DNA of 59,114 nt, the filler included, from Asterionella formosa (Eukaryota): the NCBI GenBank assembly GCA_002256025.1. It is 7 parts of 7 records of this genome, joined end to end, with 100 filler letters (N's around TTAATTAATTAA, not from the genome) between each part and the next. Parts side by side here need not be neighbours in the genome. Positions count along the whole stretch, not along the records: positions 33,877 to 42,225 come from NKIB01012273.1; positions 42,326 to 50,670 come from NKIB01012274.1; 5 more parts are not named here. The stretch is one strand, 5' to 3'. The translations under genes and the position numbers were made by a program. Below the pieces are notes generated by a model. That model was not told the DNA's origin. It was given only the letters and a program-made list of their open reading frames with translations, and ran no database searches. The number at the start of each line of letters is the position of its first letter. The first letter of the stretch is position 1. Shown piece by piece: positions 36,057 to 48,418 of the stretch.

Positions 36057-37049
36057 ATGACGCCAATTGACTTGGTCCTGGTGGATGTTGCGGCAGCAAT
36101 GGGCGATGATAATTCTTGCGGCAGAGAAAAATTCCACGACCTAATCGGCCAAGTTTTAATGGATTGTTCCACGGCGGAAGCGTTTCTTGTCGGTGGCGAT
36201 GCATGCAACAACGCGAAGTGGAAGGATTGCTGTAGATGCCTGTTTGTCCATTGCCCGGAAGGGCCCGTTTTGAGTGAAGAAGAAGTAGCCGAGCGCCTCA
36301 AGAAGTCAGTGGCAGCATTCATCAATCCCAATGACCAGTATCTCCAATTGACATCGCTTTTACTCAAAAGCCAAACATTTCATCTAGCGTTTGCAACAGA
36401 AAACGACCGTCCAATCATTCATCTCCCAAGGACAAAAGCGGGCAAGCCTTACATACCCGGAAGAAAATCGTTTCAGTTTAGCGTCTCTCATCAATTTCCC
36501 TTTGCTGGAATTGCACGCTGTCGAACCAAAGGAAAGGGGAGGGTGGGAATGGACATTGTTGTGTTTGAAACGCTCAATACAAGACTCTACAATAACCCCG
36601 AGGATTTTGTGGAGGTGTTTCGATCAAACTTTGCCGAATCAGAATGGAATGCCATTCTAACAGCGACGGATACCGTCAAGGAGTTCTACCTTCGATGGGC
36701 GATAAAAGAAGCATACACCAAGGCTCGTGGGCTAGGAATGAGTTTGGCTTTCTCCTCCTTTGAAACAAAGTTGAATGGCGTCGATGGTAGTCTCTGGGAA
36801 TATGTAGCTACAACTGACAATTGGTGTTCACTTTCTGGCGAAGTCTTTTCATTCAAGAATTGTCGAAAGGAAATGTGGCACTTCTTCTTTCATAAACTTA
36901 AATCCGGTGCTGAGCTGAAGGGTTGCATTGCAGTATGCACTGGACCAGTAGCTTTGACGAGGCTTCCAAATCCTGAACCCTTTCCTGAGATTACATGGAC
37001 AAGTATCCACGATTTATCGGATTGGCACTACAAAAGCTTGTTGAACTAG
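36057..37049 (+). CDS. 4'-phosphopantetheinyl transferase (Sfp/Lys5/AASDHPPT type, 330 aa)
   Basis: RTKAGKPY, FSVSHQ, VGMDIV and FYLRWAIKEAYTKARGLG (WxxKEAxxK) motifs. Confidence 0.92.
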   Translation: MTPIDLVLVDVAAAMGDDNSCGREKFHDLIGQVLMDCSTAEAFLVGGDACNNAKWKDCCRCLFVHCPEGPVLSEEEVAERLKKSVAAFINPNDQYLQLTSLLLKSQTFHLAFATENDRPIIHLPRTKAGKPYIPGRKSFQFSVSHQFPFAGIARCRTKGKGRVGMDIVVFETLNTRLYNNPEDFVEVFRSNFAESEWNAILTATDTVKEFYLRWAIKEAYTKARGLGMSLAFSSFETKLNGVDGSLWEYVATTDNWCSLSGEVFSFKNCRKEMWHFFFHKLKSGAELKGCIAVCTGPVALTRLPNPEPFPEITWTSIHDLSDWHYKSLLN

Positions 37050-38464
37050 TGCAGCAAAAAGATTGAATAACTATTGTACATTTGTAGTATCTTAACGAAA
37101 TAATTCAACAGACAGCAACCTATTGTAAATGTACTCTGGTTGGAGTTATGTTCGACCAGATCCATCCTTCCATTAAATCCCAAAAGCGAAGTGTTGCACA
37201 CTGTATGTACTGTTTTTGTTTTGAGCGTCACTTATGGTTAATCGGAGACATGGAGATCAATTTTGGTTTGAATGCGAGATGTTGTGATGTGTCTGCAGCA
37301 AGGAGCAAAAATATTGCTTTTTGTAGAGGGAGTATCATCTAATAGTGCCGTGTATGTAATATACGACTGAATGCCATTGTCAATTTCAATTGCTTACCGT
37401 TGGTGCCATGATTTACTAATTCTGATACGATACTAAAAACATCATCGTCTACTATTCTCAACAAAAGTCTTGTTTTATTGATGTGCGTCGTTTCAATTTA
37501 TGTACCGGTAGTGGTTACCAGGTACCTGGTACCATGAGCAAGATGACCGGTTTATGGTCTACTCCGTCGAGTGCCAGGGTATGGAGTACTGGTACCAGTT
37601 ATCGCGCAGGTAATTAGGTCGTCTGTGTCGTCGCGCAGAACATGGTAAAATTGGGATAATGACAACCGCTCGAAAAGCTTCAAAATTTAATCCATAACTA
37701 CGTTATTGAAGATATCTTATGTTTCTCTCAACGCAGGGACGGTTATTTTCTCTAAGTAATGGCAGCAACCTTGCGTTGAACGGCAAAAGATCCGAATGTG
37801 TGCCATGAATGTCTGTATATCGCATTCTATGTGCCTGTCCGGGCCTGCTCCACAAGAAAAGGTCATGACGAGGTGCAGGACAACACTCCCTTCATTATAC
37901 AGATCAATAATAGCGTTTGTTCGGGAATCGTCAAATCGCATTTTCTTCAGCTCATTTGTAGAGGTGAGTGTTCCATGATGACTCTCTCCAGTGGTAGGAC
38001 GAGGCAGGAGAGACGAAATTGGCAGTGCCGGCATGTTGACAACGACTCATGAATTTCAGAATGAGTCGTTTAAATGGGCAATGCATTTTTGCGTAGCATC
38101 GGTGTTTAAGGACGATTCAAATCGATGCACATTTATTGTGGATGTCGAAAACTGCCAATTGCCTTGTGGCGTTGCGCGGAAGAGTTACATAAGGGACTAT
38201 GCTACGATAGGAACGCTCAGCGCCGTCCCGTGTTGCTCGTCATGTGTGATACACTCGACGCCCGACAAGCACAGAGACTGGTCGAGCCAGCAAATGTAGA
38301 ATGCGCAAAAGCGGAACTAGAAAACAAAAAAGGCTTCGAAATCATCTCTCCTTCCAGCGAACACTTTGCCGTTGTGTCAATAGCAGCTCGTCTCATTGTC
38401 ATGTCTGGTACTCACACTGTTCATCTCAACATACGCATGGCATTACAGGACATTGAATGTGATC

Positions 38465-41400
38465 ATGACTGACGTCAATGAAGAAAAGCGAATGGATGAA
38501 GAAATTAACAAGCTAAAGTCGCTAGAACCTGCCGACAAGGAAGAGGAACCACTCAGACCATCTCCAACATTGGCTAATCGGCCTTCATCAGTGGCGTCGA
38601 CGCATTCAAATACATCGTCGTGTACACCTCGAACCACCACGAGTCGTCGTGGAAGAACACGGAGCAGATCTCCACCAACAATGACTAGTCACTCTAGAGC
38701 GACATCGAACCTGGCTGATCATCCCTATCATGCTGAGAATTATGAGAGAAGTGGTCGGAGTTCGCCGAGATCCCCTCGGAATCTATCGTCAGCCGCTGCT
38801 GCTGCTGCTGCAGCTGCAAAGGCGATATCCACAGGAGGTAGAAATACATCGCCTTGGGCTTACGAGAATGTAGCCGAGGGTGGACAACAACACAGTGAGC
38901 AACGTGGGGACATCAGGTATCATCAGGGCTTTGACAATATGTTCGGGGGATCTACTAGCTGGCCGGGCGAAGACCAAGCTTCCCGGCGCAATGGTCACGG
39001 TCGTGAACAGATGAGAGATCGACATGGATACTCAAGACATTCACAGTACCCTAAACAAACTCAGTCCGCATCTTTAGCCGAACCCTACAGTAGCCGTAGT
39101 GCTCCTCACTACGATCAATATGGAGCACCTTACGATCCCGGCTACGATGATCGATATCGGGAATCGCATGATAGAGGATCGTATGATCAAGAACATCCCC
39201 GGAGAATCGGCAGGAATTCACCTCAAGAGTCTCCTCCTGTTTATCCGCCTGGGCCATATGGCGACCGTCATCAACGTCATGGCAGTGGAGATCCTTATTA
39301 TGGAGGGGCTGGCAGTATGGCCCCGATGGAACGCGATATAACACAAAGGGAAAAGGTTCATGGCTATAGCGACTCTTTCTCCTCAAAAGGAATTTCTGGA
39401 CATAGAGAAGCAGGATCTTCTACCACAGTGAAACGAGGAGGAGGTACTAGTCGAGTCATCGGGACACCTACTCCAATACATGTGCCACGAGCTGCGGATC
39501 CGCCAAGAAAGCATTCTTCACGTGTTCATCCAGCCGGAACTCCATCGTCTGTCTTCCGCGGACGTCCGGACGAGGGACATGGGCAGCGATCGTCGCAAGT
39601 TGATTCCCCTCAAAAAATTCTCCTTTCCCTTCGGACACCAACAACTTCGTACGATGAGAGGGACGCTCCAATGAAACAGAGAAGCGATGTGGGCAATAAA
39701 GGATCTCGTGGTGCCACTCCATTGAGTCCGGAGGAGCCTCCGCAGATTCATCATGCCCACAACCAGCATCAAATGGATCACAATATTTTCTTCGAGGTGC
39801 GTTTATTTCGTTGGGAAATATGCTGAAGTATTCTTTATTCTAACTCTTCCCTTGATCTGTCATTTATGACACTGCAGAGAACAAGTCCCGGGGACCATAC
39901 AAGACAACCGAGTGGTACTCTCGAGATGGCTCCTTCCTTCTCATTGTTCAATCAGTCGTTCGATAGTCTGGGCGATGCAGCACAGTATTTGACTGTTGGT
40001 GGTCCGCTGGATGTAGCTTTTCACTCAAACTCATTCGGAGCGCCGTTAGCTGGCGGCAGTGGAGATAACACAGACAATCCGCATTTTCTGCCGAACTCAC
40101 TTGAAAGGGGGCTCTCTGGAATCGGCTTATTAGGCAATCCTTCAGGTGGGAATTTAACGTTTGGCATGAGTCCAGTCAACTCGTTCGGAAATGGAGCTCC
40201 ATCAAGTGGTGGCAACATGATCCTGGGCGGTCCAGATGCTCAAGTCACAAGTCCAACACAAATGCTAAGCATGTATCCATCTTACTCTGGAGGATACAGC
40301 CAATCATCAGGACAGCAAGCTCCTTTCAGGGCTCGAGGAAGCGGCGAGCAACCAGCCCGAAGTATGAGCAGTGGAAGTGGTGGTGGGATTTACGCCCGTT
40401 CGTTCAATGAAGGATCTCCTCATATTAACTATCATGGTCATACGGGCCGCGATGCCCCTTGTTCACAGGACGATGGCCCTCCTAGCTTCTACATCTTTCT
40501 TGCCAAAAACAAAAGCGCTTTCATTAAGTGTTCATTCTTGCTCCCTGGTTTGAAGGCTGCTCTTCTTGAATCACCTATTTCTGATGCTAAGAAATCAGGG
40601 GACGAAGGCGATAGGTCAAAGAAGACTCTGTCTAGCAGAAGGAGCAGATTCCCGGATCCATCTCCGCAGGATACAGCCATTGCCCTCCGTCGTGTGGCGT
40701 GTGCCATATGCGCATTTGGTGGTAGCATCAGTGGAGACCGAGCGATTGCCTCGTCGTCTGATGCAAAATCAAATGAAAGCGGAACTCAATCCATTTTCAG
40801 GGGGAAAGATGGCGGCACCACCCCTTCGCTAGCCACAACTGTGACCCCTTCTTCTTCAACCGGATCTCCGGCTGGAGCGGGCGGACAAAATCGTGAGAAG
40901 CTGAAGTACGACGAGGCGTTGCCGGGACGATATTACGAAAACGAGAACAGGCTGTCGTGGGAATTCGAAGAGTCTCCTCCTGTTGGCTGTTTTTCTGAGG
41001 ACGAAGAAGATGCACGCAACCGGAGCATGAAGGCAGAGGCGAGTGGACAAATTGAGATCGATGATGACGACGAAGACCATGATGAAGAAGACGATGATGA
41101 CGGAATGAGCTCACCTCACCTTTTGAACAATGGCTCTCTCTCAGAACATGACAAGAAGAACGACGACAGCCCATCAGCTTCTGATCAGCCCAAGATGCGC
41201 TATCGATGCAAGCTTTGCGGACAACCAAAACAGAATCACACTTGTCCCTACCAGCAGTCTCTACAACGTAGCATTGGTGTCATGATCTATCCTGCTGTAA
41301 ACGCGTTCACGTCTAACGAGCCTGGAGTGCTTGCCCCAACCCTAACCGATATGAATAATTTTGTATCATCGGGCTGTGATGATATGTCATCTGCCGACTC

Positions 41401-42070
41401 ATCGCCAGCTCGCCCTACCCCTGATCGCCAAGGTAACGCGCCAAAAAATTCTACGCCTAGTGGTAGCAGTGGGCCCACAAATGTGACCCCAGAAACGATG
41501 CGTTCACCCACAGGAAATTCTCCGGGGTCGTCATCTTTGTCAACTGGAAGTGGTACATCTCCACAGCGCAACCCATTCCGCACTCCATCATCCAAGAGAA
41601 AAAGCCGTAATACTGCAAGCCTCTCGGGTGGCGGAGCGATGAGCCACCGTGAAGCATCGCCTCCTCGCAGTGGTGGACGTAAACGTCATTTGACACAAGT
41701 GACAGCCGGTTTGGACGATAATGCAGACATGCTGTTTGTTGAGGTCATGGACCTCAAGCCCGAGCAATTCCGTATGATCACTCCTTCCAAGAAGACATCT
41801 CTTCCAGATGCTTACACGTATCCATCACTTCCTCTCCCATACGCTCAACGCAAACGTTTGAGTGACAATCTCTTCTCGCTTTCGAAGGAGATCCCCCAGC
41901 TCACTGACGAATGTGCCGTTGTTCTTCGAAAGGCGCGAGTGAAGGATATGTGGGATCTTGCGGTTGCAGAGCTCATGACGCAGGTGGTCGTAGTGATCCA
42001 CTGCACTAATGGTGACTGTCGTTTTGAGGGCTTGCGTCACTACTTGCTTACTCTTGGTATTGCTTGCTAG
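38465..42070 (+). CDS. Large, mostly disordered protein with a CxxCGxPKxxHxC Zn-binding-like motif, 2 exons (38465-39796, 39878-42070; ~1174 aa)
   Basis: Two long ORFs joined in phase by a GT-AG intron at 39797-39877. Contains RYRCKLCGQPKQNHTCPY, an acidic tract, basic NLS-like KRKSR and an ordered C-terminal segment. The start codon is the first in-frame ATG. Confidence 0.85.
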
Positions 42071-42225
42071 TGGGCGAATTCATTTTATGCAGAATGCCCC
42101 AGATAAACCCGGGAAGGGGGAATACAATAAGACATAGTAATCGAATGCGCAAAGGGACTATAATACATCTATCGTACCCTCCTCAGAACATTGTAAAACC
42201 GGCAGCGTAGATATTCAATTTTTTT

Positions 42226-42325
42226 NNNNNNNNNNNNNNNNNNNNNNNNNNNNNNNNNNNNNNNNNNNNTTAATTAATTAANNNNNNNNNNNNNNNNNNN
42301 NNNNNNNNNNNNNNNNNNNNNNNNN
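42226..42325. other. Artificial contig linker
   Basis: N44-TTAATTAATTAA-N44. Confidence 0.99.
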
Positions 42326-42531
42326 GCGAACTTCAAGCCGATGTCAAGAAGGTTTTCTTGAATCGTTACGAAAAGTTTTACGACAAGTACTCTCGTTTCC
42401 GTTTCTCCAAGAAGAATCAAAACGAATACTTGAAATTTCCCCCGGAGAAAGTTGACTCCTTGCTGGACACCATGTTTGGTGGACAGGGTTTCATCGACGA
42501 TATTTCATTTCCAGTTGAAATTGAACATTAA
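42326..42531 (+). CDS. EXO70: Exocyst subunit Exo70, C-terminal fragment (absent from the ORF track)
   Basis: Frame from 42328 reads ELQADVKKVFLNRYEKFYDKYSRFRFSKKNQNEYLKFPPEKVDSLLDTMF..., matching the Exo70 C-terminal pattern Y..FY..Y....F.KN..KY.KY.PE.v...L..lF. Confidence 0.75.
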
Positions 42532-43663
42532 AGATTATTAACAAAAGTCTACACCATGTCACTTCTGTCTATGTATACTTGATTGGTTTTTGTTTCTTGT
42601 GTGTGGCGAGAGGATTAACAAGAAATAACACGAAGTGCACAACCAACGTTTGATTTATGATGGTGCAGTGGTTGAATTTCCCAAGAGGTTACAACAATAT
42701 ACGACTAATCTGAGTTGAAAATTCAACCAAAAGAAGAGGAAAAATTCAACCGCCAATGCAACCGGGTTGAAATTCTTGGAGGTCAGTACCTAATTTTACC
42801 ACGGTAAAATGTTGTCAATACTGTCAAGGTACCATCATGTCCCGAGTAGGACAATACCAGGGGTCTACAGAAAAATACAACTTGGGTTGAATTTTACCAA
42901 TAACAGGTACGTACTCGGAGAACAAGGCAGGTGTCAGGATTTTTCTGCTGGCGGCAGGTGTAATGATGGTTCCTTTTGATGCCAGTTAGTAGCTAGAAAG
43001 TACCCCGAGCATGTATTTATATGTAAAATCAATCGCACATCCCGCCATCGCCACGACGAGGCAGGACGTGCACTGGAAAATACTATCATACTAGCACAAA
43101 TGCATGCTGCCATGTACCAGATACCTGGTACCTTCTTCTGTGTATATACCGAGTACCTGGTATTGTAACTCCGTAATAGTTTCTATATACATACCAGGGT
43201 ATCACTCAATCCCACCATCATGGTGTGTTCATTCTCGTCGTCACAAAATTCAAGTTTATTGGTAGCTAAGTGTTAGACTACCAAGGTCACGGCTGGTATT
43301 TGTTCACCCTGCATTGTGATTCACTGCTGTATTCGGAAGCGAACCGATCATAGTCCCTCCCCCACCTCTTTCTGCTTGCAGAACTTGTTAGCATTCCAGT
43401 GCAAAGGAACTTGCATTGTTAACTCGAAACGCGAACATTGCCATTCACTTGATTATTGAATGTAAGTAGAGTGGAACTTTGAACAGAACTTCACCTCCCC
43501 CCCAAACGATGTCACTAGTTCCAACTATGGGATGCTGCCTATTGTGTGATACATGCCACAAGCAGAACGAATTCAAGCAAATGCTCGTTTGTCTAACATG
43601 GTCGTTCACCCGCAACAGCAACCCATTTAGAACTCTCTTGAATCAAGAATTGATCGAAAAAGC

Positions 43664-44890
43664 ATGAAATTGTCGCACGCTATAAGTATGCCCATCTTTC
43701 CCAAGGATGACACTCCGAGCTCCGAGGTGATGTCCACTCCTCACATCGCACGTACTGGGAGTACTCTCTGTCTTTCCGATCTCAACGATGAGGAGGAGGG
43801 TATCAACAAGAAATTGGTTCAACCTCACGTAGGATACAAGAAAGTACTGGTGACTGGAGGAGCAGGTTTCATCGGATCACACGTTGCAGAATATCTACTG
43901 GCTCGTGGCGACGATGTTGTGATTGTTGACGAAATGAACGACTACTATGATGTCAAAATCAAGAGAGCCAACCTTGAGCTCTTGCGACAGCTATGCCCCG
44001 ACGAACGTCGTCTATCCATATACTACGGGGACATTTGCGATGGAGACTATATGGAGAGTATCTTTGAGAAAGAGCAGCCGGAATGGGTTTGCCATATGGC
44101 TGCTCGTGCAGGTGTTCGCCCTTCTATTCAGGATCCGTACGTCTACATTCATTCGAATATCAGGGGTACAACGCAGCTCATGGAGCTAAGCCACAAATTT
44201 GGCGTGCAGAACTTTGTTTTTGCGTCCTCCTCCTCCGTCTATGGTGGCTCCAAATCGACTTTCTTTTCGGAGGAGGAAGTCGTGGATAACCCTGTGAGTC
44301 CCTACGCCGCCTCGAAGAAGGCATGCGAGCTCTTGGCTTACACCTATCATCACCTCTACAAGCTCAACACTACTGCTCTGCGTTTCTTCACCGTCTACGG
44401 ACCACGTGGAAGGCCTGATATGGCCCCCTTCAAGTTTATCGATCGCGTGAGTCGTGGAGTGGAGATTCAGCAATTTGGGGATGGATCGTCGTCACGTGAC
44501 TACACCTATATTGATGATATTGTCGATGGGATTGTCCGAGCTATTGATCACCCATACAAATATGAAATCTTCAACCTTGGGAAAGGCGACGGCACCTCCT
44601 TGAAGGAATTTATTGATCTGGTTCAAAAGTACACTGGGAAGAAAGCTGTGATTAGGGTGCTTCCTGACCAGCCCGGTGATGTACCTTATACCTGCGCAGA
44701 TATTACAAAGGCTAGACAGTTGTTGGGGTACAAGTCGAAAGTTTCATTCGAAGAAGGTATTCGCCGTACTGCTGAATGGTACAAGGAAGCTTACAGTCAG
44801 AAGAAGCTCGAGGTCTGTCCTGAGATGCAAGCGAATGGCATGGGTCGTGCAGCATCGTTTTCTGAGCTCAACGACGCTTTCAAAAATTGA
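43664..44890 (+). CDS. GAE: UDP-glucuronate 4-epimerase (extended SDR, 408 aa)
   Basis: VTGGAGFIGSH, HMAARAGVRPS, ASSSSVYG, YAASK and LRFFTVYGPRGRPDMA motifs. Confidence 0.92.
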   Translation: MKLSHAISMPIFPKDDTPSSEVMSTPHIARTGSTLCLSDLNDEEEGINKKLVQPHVGYKKVLVTGGAGFIGSHVAEYLLARGDDVVIVDEMNDYYDVKIKRANLELLRQLCPDERRLSIYYGDICDGDYMESIFEKEQPEWVCHMAARAGVRPSIQDPYVYIHSNIRGTTQLMELSHKFGVQNFVFASSSSVYGGSKSTFFSEEEVVDNPVSPYAASKKACELLAYTYHHLYKLNTTALRFFTVYGPRGRPDMAPFKFIDRVSRGVEIQQFGDGSSSRDYTYIDDIVDGIVRAIDHPYKYEIFNLGKGDGTSLKEFIDLVQKYTGKKAVIRVLPDQPGDVPYTCADITKARQLLGYKSKVSFEEGIRRTAEWYKEAYSQKKLEVCPEMQANGMGRAASFSELNDAFKN

Positions 44891-46165
44891 CCGAAATAGG
44901 GCTGCTTGATGCGTTTCTCTAAGCAAATGCTTATGTGATCATGCGTTTACTTATTTCCTGAAAGACAGTCAGCCTTCTCTGAGTAGCAGACACACCTTGT
45001 CTTACTACAAAATTTCAAATGGATAATTCTCACGATAAAAAAGAAAATACTGAGTTTTTTTAAATTTCTGTTCCGTGCTTCATTAGTTACGACTTGCGCC
45101 GGAATAAGAGGAATAAGAAATTAACAATTGTTGGGTTATCCTTTGAACGATACATCATAAATACTTCAATAGAGACTCTCACTTGTATTTGTTGTCAGAT
45201 GATCGGAACACGTGCCAAAACGATGATTGTGTCGCGCGCAACTAGTTTGCAGAGAGCATCAGCATCAGTTACCTGTGCAATGATGCAATCTGAAGGAACA
45301 ATGTACATTCAGAAAATGCTCTAGCGGTTTCATATGCGTCTTCTTTCACTTTATAGGGTATCTGTTATACGTCCCCGTCGTTTGCTTACTAGCTACGCAT
45401 TTCAGAGTCAGTGAACTTGGTCAAGTGATGTACGGAGTAGACTATCTGAAAACCTATCAAGTTGTCGCTAGAGTGAAAAACTACTTGTAAGCTAGTGGTA
45501 TATTACAAAGTCAGCGAACTTTCTCGGTTTACCATAGGGACTACCGGAGAACCTAAAATTGAAGCTAGGGTGCAAAACTACTAAGCGAATAGCGTTCTTC
45601 AGGGACGTTTGCAGTATCTTCCAACAGTGATGTCAATGAACTCGGGTTTTGGAAGCAAGAAGTGAAAGAAATGATCTGGGGGCTAATATCGATTGTTCTT
45701 GATGGGTTAGCTAAGAATATTTTGTCACCGGCGCATGCTGTCCGGGCAGTGGCAACTGACACAACCTCGTTATTAGCCCTACTTTGATATGCGTACAAAA
45801 CTTCGCTGTGTTGCCATTATGTATCGAATAAAACCATTGTCACAGAATGACCCGATGAGCACGTGATAATATTGAATTCATGACGTTGGAAGTTGTTGAA
45901 AACCATAAAAGGTGTTCACTATGTTAACATAAAGTATGCTACAACAAGGCAAATGTAGCAACATTTCACTCAAATGCATATATATGAATAAATGTACATA
46001 CTGTTGAAATTAAAGTACCGGTACCAGTACCTACTATAGTAACTTCCAAAAAATTTCACAATGCGTTATATCTTTAATATATCGTTCACCAATGCACTTG
46101 CTAGCTCTTGCTTCTATCACGTCAGTCACATCAATCCCATAAATATGTAGTCCTCCTGTACCTTA

Positions 46166-46723
46166 TTACAGAGCAATGAAATTGTCGCAGTCAGCAAAGG
46201 TAGCAGGAGGAGTATGGAAGACGAAATGTGGCATTGTAGCCATTTCATCTTCCAGTTCTGGCAACAAGTGAAAAGAACCAAAATCGCTTACCAAGGCTGG
46301 GCTCTCTGGAATGTATTGGGCCGATTGTTCTATTAGGCGTCGTTTTGGTATCCGTTCGTCGGTGTCAACAGAGGATCCGGAATGTCGACGCGATGCCTTC
46401 TTGCCGCCACCATGGTGAAGTCTTACGTCAAGGCCTTCGCGAAGAGCTTGCGATGTCTTTTCAGCTGCTTTCTTGTCCCCAACGTCGATCCATTGGCCAG
46501 TGGCATCATCTCTGCGCAAAAACCGCCCCCCGCGCTCCCGAATGATGCGCACGATTCGACGAGCAATTACCACCTTGTCCTTCTTTCGTGCTCCCAAATA
46601 TTCCGGTTGATGTTCAGCGACAGTGGAACGGAATCGCTTATTCCCGTCATGGTTATTGGTAGCTCCTCCACGGCCACAAAGTACGTCGTCTGCTTTGATC
46701 TCAGTTGTCATTTGTTGGATCAT
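46166..46723 (-). CDS. DUF6824-domain protein (185 aa)
   Basis: DVLCGRGGATNNHDGNKRFR...GGRFL...W.....KKAAEKTSQALRE, the diatom-expanded DUF6824 pattern. Confidence 0.9.
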   Translation of the reverse strand: MIQQMTTEIKADDVLCGRGGATNNHDGNKRFRSTVAEHQPEYLGARKKDKVVIARRIVRIIRERGGRFLRRDDATGQWIDVGDKKAAEKTSQALREGLDVRLHHGGGKKASRRHSGSSVDTDERIPKRRLIEQSAQYIPESPALVSDFGSFHLLPELEDEMATMPHFVFHTPPATFADCDNFIAL

Positions 46724-47137
46724 GCTGTATATGGAAGCTGTTGTTTCTGAATTGATGTTGCTGATGGGGGTTGAGTTCTCGTCTTGAAATCACTGAGTTG
46801 TGAGTTCGTTTTTCGGTCCAGGAACTACCGGTAGTTTTTTTGTGGGATTGAACTATTCCTCAATCATTACCCTGTACATATTGTTGTGTACAACGAAGAA
46901 AGGTCGGCCCTCGTCCCACAGATGTGCGTACTGGTAGATCAGTGTATACATTGTACCAGCTGCCACGACTTTCTGGTCGTGCTACCAGTACCATGACTGG
47001 AGGTATAAAAGCTACATATGTACCGGTAGTGGTGAATTCTATAGTGTCGACGTGTCAATTGCGGGTGGCGTTCCACGACAAGGCAGCAATACCGTTAGGA
47101 GCTTGGGCACTTTCACAGTCATCTCTAAAAACATTGT

Positions 47138-47370
47138 GGTACCTGTTACCAGGTATCATGCTGAGCGTTTGCTCGATTCTAGCCACCTGGTACCAGGTAC
47201 CGGTACCTGGACCTTGCTACCTGGTACCTGGTACCGGGTACACCAAGGTGACATACTAGCTACGTACTACCGGTAATGTCACGGTACTGGTACCTGGTAG
47301 TGCCACCAAGAGAACAAGTCGTGATCTCTCCCCTGCCGTGCAAGGCACTGTACCTGGTACCATTGTTACC
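47138..47370. repeat. GTACCWG (CCTGGTA/CCAGGTA) heptamer repeat cluster
   Basis: Numerous tandem or interrupted GGTACC-centred units in both orientations. Confidence 0.85.
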
Positions 47371-47928
47371 AGGGAGTACCATAGTTGACGAAGCCTTGCG
47401 AATTTGGTGGGTATGGAAACACTATGTTACTCATTGATTCCAGGTAGGTGCACCTAACGGCATCGTTGTGTTGTTGCATTATTAGAGACTTGCTACCCTC
47501 GACAAGAAGTTGTCGATTTACAAATTATCCAAGACTTGAGGACGACTGTTCATCCCAGGAGAGGTCCTGGAAAGTGAGAGAGAGAGCCACTACGATGGTG
47601 CATCTCATCAAGACTCACACTTGACACCAATTCCCGCTACGACGCAGTTTGGGACTCCAACAAGTCAATCCATGAATGTGTCGTTCCATGACTGAGCTTT
47701 CTTGATGCAACGGCTAATATGAGAAAATCTACCAATCGTGATTATGTCGTCAACCATCGACTTTCTTATGTGCTAAAAACTACTTCCTGCTCCGGAGTAC
47801 CAACCAAGAAAATATAGTCGCTCTACATAGTTGTTAGTGGCAATCTAAACTATGCATCGGACTTCCTCCTCAAGAGTGATCCATCAATAGGAGATATGAA
47901 ACACAGACTTCATGTCGGTATAATCAAC

Positions 47929-48307
47929 CTACTTCCAGTATCCCTGCTTGTACTGCTGGTGTCTCAAACCAAATGCTATGCTACCGTATCCGATGATGCA
48001 GATACCAGCGATCATACCGACAGCGACAGGGGGATCGTAGGGAAGTTCGAAAACAAGCTAAACGTTTCATGAAACGAGAAGTCAAAGGTCGTTAGCAAAG
48101 TTACCAATGGAATACCAAAATAAAATAGTATAAGCGAATGAGAATTTTTGTAGTCCAACTCACATGCTCATGATGACCGTGCGGACGGGTCTGTTCCTTC
48201 AATTGAGGCCAAAAATCCTTCGCCTTGTGCATACGGGGGACTGTTGACATGCAGCGCGGTTTACCCGAACGGACAATGGCGCGAGACGCGAGTGAACGGG
48301 CCAACAT
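47929..48307 (-). CDS. Small mitochondrial single-pass membrane protein, 2 exons (48307-48164, 48057-47929; 90 aa), possibly Cox7c-like
   Basis: R/S/A-rich presequence-like start MLARSLASRAIVRS; GTGAGT...GCTAAC...TTTAG intron at 48163-48058 in phase 0; exon 2 LVFELPYDPPVAVGMIAGICIIGYGSIAFGLRHQQYKQGYWK*. Confidence 0.85.
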
Positions 48308-48418
48308 GGTGAGAAGAGGTGAATACTGCTTTGCAGGGAGAACGGTTGTTCGTGTGCAAGTAATAACAGAACGCACAATTATACACCATGATACCCGTAC
48401 ATACATCATAGAAACGCC

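Noticed and set aside
36057..44890. PPTase plus epimerase as a biosynthetic gene cluster
   Set aside because: They lie on different contigs separated by a linker, and no PKS/NRPS is present.
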